Position numbers and translations under genes: made by a program
IMG/VR virus record: IMGVR_UViG_3300049259_000212
Reading direction: 5' to 3' (one strand)
DNA from: an uncultured virus (IMG/VR IMGVR_UViG_3300049259_000212)
Lineage: Duplodnaviria; Heunggongvirae; Uroviricota; Caudoviricetes
Length of the DNA stretch: 64,000 nt
Shown: piece after piece, positions 40,220-50,231 of the stretch
Position numbering within the stretch: the first letter of the stretch is position 1
How the letters are laid out: each line of letters starts with the position of its first letter
Notes under the pieces: model-generated
The model's database searches: none
What the model saw: the letters and a program-made list of their open reading frames with translations, nothing else
What the model was told of the DNA's origin: nothing

Positions 40220-40833
40220 TCATCTCGCACTTCACGTCGCGAGTAGCCTCTCCCATGCAGCAAGGCCTTACCTGGGAAGAGTTGACGAACTTGTTCATGG
40301 ATTCGTCAAAAACAGTTTGCACAGAGCGTGATTGCCAGCGCGCCGCATGTCCGTACAAAGAGCGAAGCTGCTGGTCGCCAGCGCGCTTCACGGGTGATCG
40401 TCGCCGCTCAGACGCGGTTGTTGAGATCTCGTCTCTCGTGCTCGACTTCGACCACGAGTCGGAAGAGATGCTGGACGCTCTCCGAGAGAAGCTCTCAAAC
40501 TACGCGTATATTCTTCACACGACGCACTCGGATCGTGATGACGATCGTTGTGTGCGGATCGTCGTACAGCTCTCGCGTCCCATTGCGCTTAGGGAGTGGT
40601 CGGTATTTTGGAGTGTCGTCAGCTTCCATTTTGGGCACTGCCACGCCGACGCCGCTCGTTGCTACTACATGCCGAGTCGTCCTTCGGATGCTGGCTACGT
40701 GGTCGCGACGAATTCTGGATTGCCTCTCGACGTGAACGCTATCCTTACGTCGAAGCAACCAGTCGTCGCTGTTGTCGCCGAAGGATCGGCTGACAACAGT
40801 ACTGACGACTCTGAGGGAGGTCTTCATCCGTGA
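40216..40833 (+). CDS. Stand-alone paralogue of the primase N-terminal domain
   Basis: WSPA...LDFDH...HTTHSDR...DRCVRI...LSRP...R.YYMPSRP matches the N-terminus of 47342-49528. Confidence 0.8.
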   Translation: MIISHFTSRVASPMQQGLTWEELTNLFMDSSKTVCTERDCQRAACPYKERSCWSPARFTGDRRRSDAVVEISSLVLDFDHESEEMLDALREKLSNYAYILHTTHSDRDDDRCVRIVVQLSRPIALREWSVFWSVVSFHFGHCHADAARCYYMPSRPSDAGYVVATNSGLPLDVNAILTSKQPVVAVVAEGSADNSTDDSEGGLHP

Positions 40834-41252
40834 AGTTGCCGTCGTTCTTTTTGATGCACCCGGTGGGGATTGGAGCGACGCGCGCCATGAACATTCTATC
40901 CGCCAAGCTGTGGCTACGCGCTCTCGTGGATCTGTTGCCGAACGTCGTGATCCAAGCGGGATGGCTGCCGTATGCCGAAGCGATGGTCCAACGTGAACGG
41001 GGCATTCGAGACGCACTGACGTTCGCCGAAGACTGTTATGGCGGTGTCGCATGCGGAGGCGAATTCTCCGACGGTATGAACGGACAATGGGACCTATTCG
41101 GTATGTTGGGACGGCCGCGAATCGATCTGACGCGATCGCCGCTGCCGGGGATCTTGACCTACGAAACGTTCGCTGAAACGCGGACTAGCTGGTTTCGTGA
41201 AGGTGTTACGCAGCAGTTTGCGTCTGTGATCAAAGGAACAGTGGCTGCGTGA
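40830..41252 (+). CDS. Hypothetical protein
   Basis: Coupled ORF. Confidence 0.55.
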   Translation: MKLPSFFLMHPVGIGATRAMNILSAKLWLRALVDLLPNVVIQAGWLPYAEAMVQRERGIRDALTFAEDCYGGVACGGEFSDGMNGQWDLFGMLGRPRIDLTRSPLPGILTYETFAETRTSWFREGVTQQFASVIKGTVAA

Positions 41253-41863
41253 TGAAGCGCCTCAAAATCAATCTGGATTGTGACGGGCTTCTATCGAACT
41301 TTGTTGCCGGGGCTCTCGTTGTCGTAGCAGAGGTCACAGGCAAGCAGTTTTCGTCAACGGACGTGACGGCCTTCGATTTTACCAAGTCGTTAGGCCTTAG
41401 CGCGGAGGAAGGTCGGGCCGTCAAGAGCATGATTGGCTCGCGCCAAGGGTTCGCTCGCTCGCTGCCGCCCTATCGGGGCATTCGGCAAGGTGTCAATCGC
41501 TTGCGCGAGCTGGGGGACGTCTCCTGTGTGACGAGCCCTTGGGATTCGAACCCGTGGTGGCGCCAGGAGCGCGAAGCGTGGCTCGCGCTTCATGTCGGAA
41601 TCGACGTCGTGCATCACGCTGTTGACAAGCGCACCTACGACGCTGACCTGTTCGTGGACGATATGGCCAGTCATGTTCGTGACTGGATGGCTCATGCGCC
41701 TGGACGAACCGGCGTGTTATGGCGCACTCCGCACAACACGTCTGAGCCTGTTCCCGTCGCAGCGCATTCAACGAGTTCGTGGGACAGGCTCTACGAGATC
41801 GCGCGAGAGGTCGCTCTGGGTCCTGCGCAAGGTGCATTACCGCTGACAGGTATCTCATCATGA
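41249..41863 (+). CDS. HAD-family 5'(3')-deoxyribonucleotidase-like protein
   Basis: LDCDGLLSNF, VTSP, LFVDD, PHN. Confidence 0.8.
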   Translation: MMKRLKINLDCDGLLSNFVAGALVVVAEVTGKQFSSTDVTAFDFTKSLGLSAEEGRAVKSMIGSRQGFARSLPPYRGIRQGVNRLRELGDVSCVTSPWDSNPWWRQEREAWLALHVGIDVVHHAVDKRTYDADLFVDDMASHVRDWMAHAPGRTGVLWRTPHNTSEPVPVAAHSTSSWDRLYEIAREVALGPAQGALPLTGISS

Positions 41864-42069
41864 CCAAGACCACCGTGCCGTCGATGATCGTCGCGGATAT
41901 CGAGCCGCGTGTCCGTCCTGCGTCCCCGTTCGTCATGTTCAAGAACGATCCGATGGCATGTGAGCACGTGTTCGAGCCGAATCTGTGGGAGCACGGAGGC
42001 GCCTATTGCGCCCTCTGCGGTTCACTCGCACGCTGGGTCAACGATCCGCGCGTAAAGGAGTCGCGATGA
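41860..42069 (+). CDS. Small zinc-finger protein
   Basis: CEH...CALCG. Confidence 0.5.
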   Translation: MTKTTVPSMIVADIEPRVRPASPFVMFKNDPMACEHVFEPNLWEHGGAYCALCGSLARWVNDPRVKESR

Positions 42070-42944
42070 CCAAGATCGTTGTATTGGACGTCGAGACGAC
42101 GGGCAAAGAGCGCGCGACAGATCAGATCATCGAGATCTGTGTTCAATTCGGCCTAGAAGCCGATGCGATTGCGCGTACGTGGCGCATCCTCCCACAGGTC
42201 CCGATTCATCCTGAAGCCTCGACGGTGCATGGCATCACCATCGAGATGCTGGCTGGATGCTTACCGTTTGCGGACGTGTCGAAGGAGTTCCTTCCACTCA
42301 TCCTGGAAGCGGATGTGCTCATCGGCTACAACGTGGCTTTCGATCTGGACATGATCCAATCGGAATGCTCTCGAGTGGGCATTCCTCCGTTGCGCTTCGA
42401 TAACAAGCAGATCGTCGATGCGCTTCGCCTCTGGCAGCATGCAGAGCCGCGGACGCTCGTTGCAGCGCACGCGAAGTTTTGCGGGTCTGAGCTCGTCAAC
42501 GCCCATCAAGCAGAAGCTGATGTTGCGGCGACGGGACGTGTTCTGACGTCGATGCTCGCTGCTTTCGGCATGTCGGATAAATCGTGGGTAGAGCTTGCGG
42601 CCATCGCGAACCCCTTCGATCGTCGAAGTGCCTGGATCGGTCCGTCGATGCATATTCAATGGGACGCCAGCGGTGGTGTGGTGTTCGGCTTCGGTAAATA
42701 CAAGGATCAGCAAGTCGCGAACGCCGACAGAGGATTCCTCCGTTGGATCCTCTCGAAGGATTTTCCGCCGCACGTGAACAAGATTTGCACGGTCGCTCTG
42801 GAGCGTCCCATGCAGTTTCTGACGTGGATCCAGGCCTATTATCCGCGCCCAGTCTCGAAGGAGCCCATCGACGATTTCGATTCGAGCACTCCTTTCGAGG
42901 AGTTCGAGGCTGGCAGTCCCGCACAACAGGAGATCGCACTGTGA
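42066..42944 (+). CDS. DEDDh 3'-5' exonuclease (DnaQ-like)
   Basis: LDVETTG, GYNVAFD, AHQAEADV; C-terminal FGFGKYK...FLRWILSKDF. Confidence 0.9.
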   Translation: MTKIVVLDVETTGKERATDQIIEICVQFGLEADAIARTWRILPQVPIHPEASTVHGITIEMLAGCLPFADVSKEFLPLILEADVLIGYNVAFDLDMIQSECSRVGIPPLRFDNKQIVDALRLWQHAEPRTLVAAHAKFCGSELVNAHQAEADVAATGRVLTSMLAAFGMSDKSWVELAAIANPFDRRSAWIGPSMHIQWDASGGVVFGFGKYKDQQVANADRGFLRWILSKDFPPHVNKICTVALERPMQFLTWIQAYYPRPVSKEPIDDFDSSTPFEEFEAGSPAQQEIAL

Positions 42945-43080
42945 CTGATCCGTCGAGTGACAACGATGTCCGTATTTACCCATGCGACGTGTGTGACGAC
43001 TGTTGGGGCAAGCACTATCCACTCAAGATTGCGTCTACGCGGGGTTCGCGCGTTCTTGAGCCTTCTTCGGAGCAGACAAC

Positions 43081-44572
43081 ATGATTCAGTCGTGGATCGT
43101 CTGGTCACCGATGCCGCCTGAATGCCGAGAAAAAGTGTCGTGCTCGTCCATGTTCGACGCTGCTCGAGCGTGGGCGGATCGGCAATTCAAGCGCGGCATG
43201 CTGATTCGCAACGGTACGAACGTACTCGTTCGCTGCGAGGACGATCCGGCACTGCTGCGTCCCAAAGCGCCGGGCGACACACGAACGGCGAAACAGGCTG
43301 GCGGTGTCACCGCTACGACATATCAAGTGAGACTCACGATCGCGAACGCTCCGGCCTTTCGTACAAACCTCATTGGAGTGGTGTACGACGGAGCTGTGGA
43401 TCAGCCGGAGGATTCACGTGGGTAGTCGCAGCACGCCTCGGCCGTGCGTGTGCGGCTGTACCTACGAGGACTTTCGTCTCGGAATGACCTTTGGCGACGT
43501 CGTCAAGATGATGTGGGATCAGGAAGATCCGAATCGTCCTGGCTGGTGGCGGCAGAAGCGTAAGAAGAGCGTGCTGGGCTACATGCGGGAATTGAAACTG
43601 CACGCCTGGGACGTCACGCACGGCTATTGTTTGCAAGCGACGGAGGCTGCGTGAGCTGTCAAGAATCACACTACGCTGCCGTGTCCGAAGCGTTGAAAAA
43701 CACCGAGGTGTACCAGCTCGGCGAGGAAGAATGCGTCGAATGCATGCGCCGCATGGTGGAGCGGCATGTCGATCTGGTCGCACTGTTTCAGGCAAAGCTC
43801 GCGGCCATCGGCGCACACGCTCCTGAACAGGCGCTGTGTCATGAATGCTCTGAAGTCGTCGACATCGTCAACGGGACCTTGAATCCTCACCATGGAATGT
43901 CAGGCGACGGCTGTTTGGAGAACAGCACCCCGGCGCAGATCTATTTGCATCCGCGCGTTGTTGCGCGGATTGCTGACCTTGAAACAGCGCTCGTTTTCGG
44001 GACGCTGCAAAAGTGAAAGTTGTACGGCCCAAGACGCGACGAACTCTCCGCGCGCTCGCTGGCCGTCGAATCATTGTGGAGAGTTTCGGCGCCCGTGCTC
44101 CAACGTTCGTCGCGATCGCTGGTGGCACGGATACTCCCGCGAGCGCGTGGATCACACACTCCGAGCTTCGGAAACTTGTGGAGCTTGGAAAGAAGATCTT
44201 GAAATGAAGCTGTTCCCTCCTGAGCTGTTGAAGACACCGTCAGCGCATGTGACTTCTCCAGCCACAAAGCGTCCTCGCATTCAGACGGGCGCTCCACGCT
44301 TGATGGAGTCATCGTCGGAGCGTCAAGAGCGGCGCGAGGTCGAGGCATGGACCGCTCTTCTGGAGTCGATTCGACGATCTGCCGAGGCGCGTGTGGCGCT
44401 CATCGCGAGCCGCGGTAAAACGGCGAGCCTGCCTTGTCCCTGGGAACGGCTGACAGGCTGTGATGTTTCTTGTCGCTGCTCCGGTACCGGTAATGTCACC
44501 GGCGTATTTTTGCGCAAGCACTATGAAGGCCTCGCGGATGCGATCGCTTCCTTTGTCCAGGCGGCCTCATGA
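43081..44572 (+). other. Five short coupled hypothetical ORFs (43081-43425, 43418-43654, 43651-44016, 44013-44207, 44204-44572)
   Basis: Overlapping stop/start codons on one strand. Confidence 0.55.
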
Positions 44573-45513
44573 CCTCGCTAGCGCAAGTCACAGCGCTGGT
44601 CGACGCACATGTTCGTCGAGATCACGCACGATTTCGCGCAGTGGCGCTTCAGATTGCCGCGCATGTCTCGGGACGTTCAGAACAGGGCGCGGAAAAGCTA
44701 CGTAAGCTGGTCGACACCTCACAGGCGATACCGTTCCTTCCGATCGCGGGCATGCAGGGTTTGTTGGCGGCAATACCGATCGTCGCGTCCTTGGACGATA
44801 TGATCCTTGCCCCTGTCGTACGTGAACGCCTCGATCGCGTTGTGCGTGAGCAGGTGCAGCGCGACGAGTTGCTGAGTCAAGATCTTCAACCTGCGCGCAA
44901 GCTTCTTTTTACGGGATCGCCGGGTGTGGGGAAGACGATGGCTGCCGGCGCGATCGCTTCGGTGCTTGGCATGCCACTACTTAGAGTCGAGCTCCACGGA
45001 GTGATCTCGTCTTATCTCGGCGAGACTGCCGCAAAGCTTGCCAAGGTCTTCGAGCATGTGCGATCGATGCCAGCCGTGTATTTGTTCGATGAGGTGGACG
45101 CGCTCGGTGCAGAACGGTCGGAGCAGACGCAAGGCGCGTCCTCCGCAGAAATGCGGCGTGTCGTCAACTCGCTTCTTCAGTTTGTGGAAGACGATCGGTC
45201 CGCGAGCCTGATCATCGCAGCGACGAACCACGATCAAATGCTCGACAACGCGCTGTTTCGGCGGTTCGATGAGGTGATCGAATTCCGTGCGCCTCGCGCA
45301 ACGGAGGTGCTCGCCCTTGTCCAGCGCAAGCTCGGCACAGTGGAAGGCCTCGACACCCGCGCGATTTGCGCAGCTGTCGAAAAGCAGGGCTTAGGGCATG
45401 CAGATATTTGCGTGGCGCTGGATCGCGTGCGTAAGGATCATGTGATCGAAAAGACCGTGATCGACACCTTTACGGTCATTGCTTCTCTTCAACAGCGAGG
45501 CCGCTCGTCGTGA
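44569..45513 (+). CDS. AAA+ ATPase (IetA-like)
   Basis: GSPGVGKT, YLGETAAKL, LFDEVD, AATN, RRFD; N-terminal RFRAVALQIAAH. Confidence 0.85.
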   Translation: MTSLAQVTALVDAHVRRDHARFRAVALQIAAHVSGRSEQGAEKLRKLVDTSQAIPFLPIAGMQGLLAAIPIVASLDDMILAPVVRERLDRVVREQVQRDELLSQDLQPARKLLFTGSPGVGKTMAAGAIASVLGMPLLRVELHGVISSYLGETAAKLAKVFEHVRSMPAVYLFDEVDALGAERSEQTQGASSAEMRRVVNSLLQFVEDDRSASLIIAATNHDQMLDNALFRRFDEVIEFRAPRATEVLALVQRKLGTVEGLDTRAICAAVEKQGLGHADICVALDRVRKDHVIEKTVIDTFTVIASLQQRGRSS

Positions 45514-46808
45514 GCACGCTCGACGTTGTTGCTGACGTTCTCCGACAAGTTGCTCCGCGCGCTCTTAAAGCGCGCGAGATTGCCGCGTGGGCGGGTGGTC
45601 GTCTTCCGACGACGTCGCGCACACCGCAGACAGTTGTGTCACGTGACTTGGCGATTGATGTTCGTGATCACGGAGCAGCGTCGCGGTTTCTTCGCGTCGA
45701 TCGTGGCGCGTTCGTGCTTAAAGAAGCACTGCCGGCCGCGCTCTACAATGACACGGAAGCCTACGCCGCGGCGTGGACCCGTAACCTGATCGCCGCGGGG
45801 GAAGTCGCGGCTGGAGTTGTCGATGAGCGTTCGATCCGAGACCTCAAGCCTGCCGACGTCGCAAGCTTTCGCCAGTTCCACGCGTTCAGCGGCATTGCAG
45901 TCTGGAGCCGAGCACTGCGCGATGCCGGCATTCCCGACGACGCGCCGGTCTGGTCGGGCTCGGCGCCCTGTCAAGGAATGTCTCAAGCTGGAAAGCGCCG
46001 GGGATTTGCCGACGAACGTCACCTCTGGCCCGACTGGTTCCGTCTCATCCGCGCCTGTCGACCTGCTCTCCTCTTTTGTGAGCAGGTATCGAGCAAAGAC
46101 GGACTTGCTTGGCTCGACCTTGTTCTCGCTGACCTGGAAGGAGAGGACTACTCCATCCGGACGATCGATACCTGCGCTGCGGGCGTCGGCGCTCCGCACA
46201 TCCGGCAGCGATCCTACATCGTGGCCATCGCCCGTGAAAGAGGACGCGAGATCCTCAGCGCGTCATGGCTACATGATTACGGGCAACGCCGGGACGACGC
46301 TGCTCGATGCAGCTCGGCTGTCGGCGGAGTTGCCCCGAATTCAAGTCGCGGATCTTCCGCAAGCCTGGGCGACGCCTGTGTCGACAGAGTTGGGGAACAC
46401 GCTCGAGAACTACGTCGCGATGAAGCGCAACATGAAGAGCGGCCCGCGCACGGCGATCACGCATCCGTCGTTGCAGGCCAAGCTTACAAGGCCGGCGATC
46501 GCATCCGACTCGACGAGCCCACCTGGGGAGGAGCTGTCGGTGGACATTGGGCGAACGGTGTTGAATGGATCTACTGCCGGCCGGCGCCGGGGCACAAAAA
46601 CGGGTGCTGGCGGCCTGTTGAACCCTGCACACAGCCGTTGGTTGATGAGTCTACCGAAGGTATGGGAGGACCACGCACCAAACGACTGAGAGGCTATGGT
46701 AACGCGATCGTTCGTTCGCAGGCGCAAGTTTTTATCGAAGCGGCCCTCGATTCATTGCTCGATGATGCTGTGAGGCTCGGTATACGCGCGGAGAAGCGTG
46801 CTGCGTGA
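45510..46808 (+). CDS. DNA cytosine-C5 methyltransferase (alpha-type chain) with N-terminal HTH
   Basis: FSGI motif I, SAPCQ catalytic motif IV, EQV motif VI, GAPHIRQR motif VIII, GYGNAI motif X. Confidence 0.88.
   Translation: MSTLDVVADVLRQVAPRALKAREIAAWAGGRLPTTSRTPQTVVSRDLAIDVRDHGAASRFLRVDRGAFVLKEALPAALYNDTEAYAAAWTRNLIAAGEVAAGVVDERSIRDLKPADVASFRQFHAFSGIAVWSRALRDAGIPDDAPVWSGSAPCQGMSQAGKRRGFADERHLWPDWFRLIRACRPALLFCEQVSSKDGLAWLDLVLADLEGEDYSIRTIDTCAAGVGAPHIRQRSYIVAIARERGREILSASWLHDYGQRRDDAARCSSAVGGVAPNSSRGSSASLGDACVDRVGEHARELRRDEAQHEERPAHGDHASVVAGQAYKAGDRIRLDEPTWGGAVGGHWANGVEWIYCRPAPGHKNGCWRPVEPCTQPLVDESTEGMGGPRTKRLRGYGNAIVRSQAQVFIEAALDSLLDDAVRLGIRAEKRAA
45817..46689 (+). CDS. Nested alternative-frame ORF, putative MTase beta chain (motif IX); start uncertain
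   Basis: 290-aa open frame inside the MTase with WPSP/WATP repeats and LNPAHSRWLMSLP. Confidence 0.65.
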   Translation: MSMSVRSETSSLPTSQAFASSTRSAALQSGAEHCAMPAFPTTRRSGRARRPVKECLKLESAGDLPTNVTSGPTGSVSSAPVDLLSSFVSRYRAKTDLLGSTLFSLTWKERTTPSGRSIPALRASALRTSGSDPTSWPSPVKEDARSSARHGYMITGNAGTTLLDAARLSAELPRIQVADLPQAWATPVSTELGNTLENYVAMKRNMKSGPRTAITHPSLQAKLTRPAIASDSTSPPGEELSVDIGRTVLNGSTAGRRRGTKTGAGGLLNPAHSRWLMSLPKVWEDHAPND

Positions 46809-46892
46809 AGGACGCCGCTCGCATCTACCGCGTGATCGTCACTGACGACCACGGCAGCCTTCTTCACCGTGCATTCGGCGGGTATGGCAAGG

Positions 46893-47345
46893 ATGGCGCC
46901 GTTGCGCGCTGAATCGAGCATGTGGAAAAAGCTTCGTCCGCACCTACTGGTGGCGAAACTGGATCCTGTGCGCGTCGAGAATCCGATCCATCCGGGGACG
47001 CCAGACGTGAACTTGTGTGATGGACGCTGGATCGAGTTGAAGTGTATTCCCGCGTGGCCGAAGCGTGAAACGACCGTCGTGCGGATCGATCACTTTACGC
47101 CGCAACAACGCGTGTGGCTGTATCGACGGTGGCGCTACGCGCCCGGTTCGACACTGTTGCTGCTGGAAGTGATTTCGGTGAAGCAGTGGCTGCTGTTCGA
47201 TGGTGACGAGGCTGCCAAGATTGTGGGGCGTGTTCCGGCAGTGAAGCATCGCCTGCACGCACGCGCGGTGCTGGGTGAGCATGAGCTCGATGAGCTGCCG
47301 AGGGTGCTGGCCGAGACGACTCAGAAGAGAGTTGGCACGCTGTGA
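46893..47345 (+). CDS. PD-(D/E)xK nuclease (VRR-NUC/Holliday junction resolvase-like)
   Basis: RVEN...PGTPDVN...WIELK...PQQRVW; start uncertain. Confidence 0.75.
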   Translation: MAPLRAESSMWKKLRPHLLVAKLDPVRVENPIHPGTPDVNLCDGRWIELKCIPAWPKRETTVVRIDHFTPQQRVWLYRRWRYAPGSTLLLLEVISVKQWLLFDGDEAAKIVGRVPAVKHRLHARAVLGEHELDELPRVLAETTQKRVGTL

Positions 47346-49528
47346 CGATCGATCGTGTTGAAATCTCGTCTCTTCGAGACAAGCACGACTCGTCGCCTCG
47401 TCGCTCCATTGTCGCATGGGCCAAGTTTATTGAGGCCTTCGCGAAGCCTCGTCTGACGGCCTGTTTAGTCGCGAACTGCAAGCACAACGAGTGCGTGCAC
47501 AAAAACGGTAAGGCCTGGTCACCGGCGGTGTATCCGGCCGGATTACCGCGCCAAAAGCAGCACGTCGAAGCCATTGGTCTGTTGCCGATCGATCTTGACC
47601 ACATGTCAGAGGAGCAACTTGTCGCTTCTCTAGGAGGGATCTCCGCTTATCAGCGCGTCATTCACTCCAGTCATAGTGATCGTCCCTCAGGGAGCAAGAT
47701 CTGTACATGTGGAAGTGAGCTGGGGGCGATGCACGGGCAGCACTGCCCGTCGCGTGTTGATCGTTGCGTACGCGTGATCTTGACGTTGTCGCGTCCCGTG
47801 ACTGGTGCGGAGTGGCCGCGGTTCTGGCCAACCGCGATGGCGTTTCTAAAACAGCCCGCCGACCCGTCAACGTGCGACGCCAACAGATTGTATTACATGC
47901 CCAGTCGGCCAAAGGACGCCGACTCGTATCTCTACGAGACGCATGACGGCATCTCGCTCGACGTCGAAGCGATCATGGCGATGGCTCCGCCGGAAGCGGA
48001 GTCCGTTGCTGAACAGCTTCAGGTCGATGCCGCCGGCATCGTCGAGCCGGGTCAGCGCCATGCGATGCTCAAGTCGATCGCGGGCGCACTGCGCTTCCGC
48101 GGCGCGGGATTCGAAGAAATTGAAGCCGCCCTTCAAGGCGCGAACAAGGCTCGCTGCAATCCACCCAAGTCGGAAGCCGAAGTTCGCGCCATCGCGCGTT
48201 GGGCTTCCGAGCAGCCGATGGCAACACGCGCTCGCGCTGGTGGTGGTGGCGGCGGCGGCGCTGATGGCGACGAAGAGCCCGATTTCATCCGTGAGCCCAA
48301 GGGCAACATCATCAACTCGCAACACAACATTGAAGTCGCGATTCGCAAGCTTCGCGTGTTGCTGCGCTACGACGAATTTTCCGGCGATGAAATCGTTGAA
48401 GGCCTTACGGGATACGGGCCTCGGTTTGACGATCCGGCGACGAACCATCTGCGCCTAAAGATTGATTCGACGTTTCGCTTTCTTCCAGGACGTGAACTAT
48501 TTCGGGATGTCACGTCGAACATGGCTCGCAGTAACCGTTTCCATCCGGTCCGTGATTATTTGGGAGCGCTTGCGTGGGATCAGCAGCCGCGTATTGAGCG
48601 TTGGTTGATCGACTACGCGGGTGCGCCGGACACGCCGTACGTGCGTGCGGTGTCACGCATTGTTCTCGTCGCGGCGTGTCGTCGCATCCGAAAGCCCGGC
48701 GCAAAATATGACGAAATGCTGATTCTTGAATCGCAGCAAGGTACCGATAAGTCGACGGCGCTACGTACGCTGGCTGCGGATGACGAATGGTTCACTGATG
48801 ATCTTCCGCTTGGCGGAGACGCTCGTCGATTCATGGAATCGACAGCGGGTAAATGGATTGTCGAGGCTGGCGAACTCAAAGGCATGGGCAAGTCAGACAT
48901 CAACTCGCTCAAGGCCTGTTTATCTCGCCAGCGCGATGAAGCGCGTATGGCGTACGGACATAAGAACTCTCGAGTGCCACGACAGTTCGTGATCATTGGA
49001 ACCACGAACGAGAAGGACAGTTACTTGCGCGACGGCACGGGCAATCGTCGCTTCTGGCCTGTGCGTATCCAGCGTTTCGATCTCGCGAGACTGCGCGCCG
49101 ATCGTGATCAGCTGTGGGCAGAAGCGTCCGAAGCCGAGGCGCTTGGAGAGTCCATTCGACTGGATCCAACTCTTTACAGCCAGGCCGCTGTCGAACAAGA
49201 AGCGCGTATGCGAGGCGACGATCCACTCGTCGACGTTCTCCAACGAGCTCTCGGCAATCGAACGGGAAAGTTGCGTGTGTCCGATGCGTACCTCATCTGC
49301 GGACTGGAGGCCGGCAAGGTCAACCAGGATCAAATGGATCGCTTCGGCCGCGCCATCCGTGACTTGGGATGGGAACGTCTACGCCGACGCTTTGACGGCG
49401 TGCTCGAGTACGCCTACGTGAAGGGCACCGAAGAGGAGCAGAAGATCGAGCTGGTCGTCGAGTACGACTTGACTCAGCGCAGTGTGCGCATCGACGTCGA
49501 GAAACCCGGAACAACCGCAGCGAACTAG
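47342..49528 (+). CDS. Primase-helicase: primase domain, PriCT-like domain, VirE/VapE helicase, C-terminal wHTH
   Basis: IDLD and HSSHS primase motifs; GQRH...NPP.S..EV..I PriCT; HPVRDYL, QGTDKST, IGTTN, TGNRRFWPV, DQLWAEA. Confidence 0.88.
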   Translation: MTIDRVEISSLRDKHDSSPRRSIVAWAKFIEAFAKPRLTACLVANCKHNECVHKNGKAWSPAVYPAGLPRQKQHVEAIGLLPIDLDHMSEEQLVASLGGISAYQRVIHSSHSDRPSGSKICTCGSELGAMHGQHCPSRVDRCVRVILTLSRPVTGAEWPRFWPTAMAFLKQPADPSTCDANRLYYMPSRPKDADSYLYETHDGISLDVEAIMAMAPPEAESVAEQLQVDAAGIVEPGQRHAMLKSIAGALRFRGAGFEEIEAALQGANKARCNPPKSEAEVRAIARWASEQPMATRARAGGGGGGGADGDEEPDFIREPKGNIINSQHNIEVAIRKLRVLLRYDEFSGDEIVEGLTGYGPRFDDPATNHLRLKIDSTFRFLPGRELFRDVTSNMARSNRFHPVRDYLGALAWDQQPRIERWLIDYAGAPDTPYVRAVSRIVLVAACRRIRKPGAKYDEMLILESQQGTDKSTALRTLAADDEWFTDDLPLGGDARRFMESTAGKWIVEAGELKGMGKSDINSLKACLSRQRDEARMAYGHKNSRVPRQFVIIGTTNEKDSYLRDGTGNRRFWPVRIQRFDLARLRADRDQLWAEASEAEALGESIRLDPTLYSQAAVEQEARMRGDDPLVDVLQRALGNRTGKLRVSDAYLICGLEAGKVNQDQMDRFGRAIRDLGWERLRRRFDGVLEYAYVKGTEEEQKIELVVEYDLTQRSVRIDVEKPGTTAAN

Positions 49529-49541
49529 AAAGGATCGACAG

Positions 49542-50216
49542 ATGGAAACTCGTGAGATGAAGATTCAGTCGGAACAAAACCCCGTAACTAACTACCTCGC
49601 GTCCCTTGTGTGGGACGAGGTGCCTCGGCTTGATCGCTGGCTCATCGATCTCGCGGGTGCCGAGGACACAGCCGCCGTGCGAAAGGCTTCGCGTCTGATC
49701 CTCATTGCGGCTGTTCGCCGTGCTCGCTCGCCAGGCTGTCACTTTGATCAGATGCCTATCCTGGTCGGCCCGCAGGGTTGCGGAAAAAGTCGCGCCCTCC
49801 AGCTGCTTGCTGTGGATGATCGTTGGTTCACCGATCAACCGCTTTCATCGGTTGCGCGGAGCCTCATCGAAACGACGCAGGGAAAATGGATCGTGGAAGC
49901 CTCCGAGATTGGGAAAGCCTCCGAGATTGGGGCTGATCTGAAGGGCGTGCTTTCCCGCTCCGTGAGCGAGGCACGCATGCCTTATCAGACGGAGCGTTTG
50001 CGCGTCCCGCACGCGTTTGTCGTCGTTGGAACGACAGAGGACAGTGACTTCCTGACGGAGCCAACCTCCGCACGACGCTTCCGTCCAATCGTGCGTGTCA
50101 AGCGCTTCGATCTGGCGAGACTCGCCGAACTCCGCGATCAGTTGTGGGCAGAAGCGGCAGTCGCAGAGATCTCGGGGGAGTCAATCGCTCTTGAAGCGAC
50201 CGACGCTCCCGCGTAA
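49542..50216 (+). CDS. Stand-alone VirE/VapE helicase-domain paralogue
   Basis: NPVTNYL, RLDRWLID.AGAEDT, GPQGCGKS, VGTT, RRF, DQLWAEA. Confidence 0.85.
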   Translation: METREMKIQSEQNPVTNYLASLVWDEVPRLDRWLIDLAGAEDTAAVRKASRLILIAAVRRARSPGCHFDQMPILVGPQGCGKSRALQLLAVDDRWFTDQPLSSVARSLIETTQGKWIVEASEIGKASEIGADLKGVLSRSVSEARMPYQTERLRVPHAFVVVGTTEDSDFLTEPTSARRFRPIVRVKRFDLARLAELRDQLWAEAAVAEISGESIALEATDAPA

Positions 50217-50231
50217 AGAGAGAGCGCATTC

